Virus record (IMG/VR): IMGVR_UViG_2529292981_000041
Direction: 5' to 3' (one strand)
Origin: a virus
Lineage: Duplodnaviria > Heunggongvirae > Uroviricota > Caudoviricetes
Length of the DNA stretch: 14,983 nt
The position numbers and the translations under genes are program-made. The stretch's first letter is position 1. Each line of letters begins with the position of its first letter. The notes under the pieces were generated by a model, which had not been told where the DNA came from, did no database searches, and was given only the letters and a program-made list of their open reading frames with translations. Shown piece by piece: positions 13,766 to 14,983 of the stretch.

Positions 13766-14983
13766 TTATTTTCTTCTGGCTACTGGTAGCGTGGTTACGT
13801 TTTCATGTGTTCCCGCCAGTATCCCTAACCGCTCCGTCCACATATCCAGCGCATTGCGTTTAGCATCCAGATAACGGGAATGATTATAAACTCGCTGCAT
13901 TCCTGGCATCTGGTGGCCTGTAAGCTGCTCCACGACATGCGGATCAACGCCTAAATCGTTCAGCATGGTTGTAAAGGTGCGCCGGATGTCATGCAGTGAC
14001 CAGTGAGGATGATTAAGCCTCCTGTGCGCTAATCTTCCATACTGCGATACGCTGGCCTCCTGTTTCACTTCCCCCAGCAATAAGCCCGTGTGCCTGTTCT
14101 GCTCCACCAGCTGCGTGACGAACGGCAGGATCGCTTCCGGTATGGGCCGGAATATTGCGACCTTCGTTTTGCTGTGCTCCTTCGGAACGGTCCATAGCAT
14201 TTCCGTAAAATCCCACTCCCCGATCTCCGATAACCTCAGTTCTACCGTTCTGGCTCCGAAGACAATCAGGAGGCGGATTAACGCGACGTAGTAAGGGGAG
14301 AATATTTTTTTGTCCAGTGCCTGCAATAATTCGCCAAGTTCTTTGTTACTTAAGACACGTTCGCTTATATCCGGTTTTTTCCCAACGTCCGCCACGTTCA
14401 GATCGTCCAGAACGTTGCTGATTGCATAGCGCCGCCTACGGCAGAACTTAAGCGCCTGTTTGCACGCCTGTAGCACGAATCCGGCAGTAACAGGCGTTCG
14501 CTTTGCCACCTGGTCAAAACAGGCCAGCCAGTGCCGTAGCTCGCATTTATCCAGCGGCATAGCACCAATCTGCTGTATTACGTGATTATTAAGTCGCCTT
14601 TTCAGGGCGATATAATCCACGCGGTTTTCCTTTACGTAATACTCAAGCCAGTAGGTGAGCGCATCGCCAACCGTTACCGGCTTTAACGCTTCCTGTACGG
14701 TGTAATTAAGCTCATGACGTGGATTTTTCCCCTCTGCCAGCCATGCGCGACACTGGGCGGCTTTTTCCCTGGCTGATTTCAGGCTCAGATCAGGATAACT
14801 TCCCAGCTTAATGCGTTCGGGTCGTGTCTCCCTTCCCGTTCCGGCCCTGTATGTGAAATACCAGGTCAATTTCCCTGATGTTAAATATTTCACGCTCAGG
14901 TTTCCGCCATCACTATAAAACGTGTTTTTCTCCGCTGGCTTACCATGAAGTTTCCTTAGCAAGGTATCGCTCAGTTTGTTCAT
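13766..14983 (-). CDS. int: Tyrosine integrase, P4-like, with N-terminal arm-binding domain
   Basis: 405-aa ORF, ATG at 14981-14983. Catalytic signature present: Arg in FGARTVELRL, HxxR in HDIRRTF, and Tyr region RVYNHSRY. The N-terminal ~90 aa are arm-binding-like. Confidence 0.95.
   Translation of the reverse strand: MNKLSDTLLRKLHGKPAEKNTFYSDGGNLSVKYLTSGKLTWYFTYRAGTGRETRPERIKLGSYPDLSLKSAREKAAQCRAWLAEGKNPRHELNYTVQEALKPVTVGDALTYWLEYYVKENRVDYIALKRRLNNHVIQQIGAMPLDKCELRHWLACFDQVAKRTPVTAGFVLQACKQALKFCRRRRYAISNVLDDLNVADVGKKPDISERVLSNKELGELLQALDKKIFSPYYVALIRLLIVFGARTVELRLSEIGEWDFTEMLWTVPKEHSKTKVAIFRPIPEAILPFVTQLVEQNRHTGLLLGEVKQEASVSQYGRLAHRRLNHPHWSLHDIRRTFTTMLNDLGVDPHVVEQLTGHQMPGMQRVYNHSRYLDAKRNALDMWTERLGILAGTHENVTTLPVARRK

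Larger units (their letters stand above)
166..14983 (-). mobile_element. Integrated tail-less phage satellite, cf-PICI-like (integrase, AlpA, replication and HK97 head/packaging modules); right boundary beyond window
   Basis: Gene content and order from this window: int, alpA, primase-like, iteron ori, MCP, protease, portal, connectors, HNH, TerS, TerL, with no tail or lysis genes. Left boundary is inferred from the disrupted host ORF at about 140-165. Confidence 0.6.

Noticed and set aside
1-14983. tRNA or tmRNA gene as integration target
   Set aside because: No cloverleaf-compatible segment, conserved T-loop (GTTCRANNC) or 3' CCA-like context seen near either end of the window. The insertion appears to be in a protein-coding gene.

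Overview
The window is almost entirely one integrated mobile element, about 14.8 kb, with every convincing gene on the minus strand except one small divergent regulatory unit. Read in the direction of transcription (high to low coordinates) it runs: P4-type tyrosine integrase, AlpA-like regulator, a divergent RHH-type regulator with three operator repeats, an AT-rich cluster of small unknown ORFs, a large P-loop replication protein, an iteron origin, an SSB-like gene interrupted by an in-frame TGA, a PerC-like regulator, then a complete HK97-type head and cos-packaging module (major capsid, prohead protease, portal, head-closure, gp6-like connector, HNH endonuclease, TerS, TerL). No tail, baseplate or lysis genes are present. 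This matches what has been described for capsid-forming phage-inducible chromosomal islands (cf-PICIs), which build their own capsids and borrow helper-phage tails. The left edge (1-165) is the 5' part of a membrane-protein gene whose frame is cut off after 54 codons; the right island boundary lies beyond the window. All homology calls are from reading motifs by eye and from memory, not from any database search.
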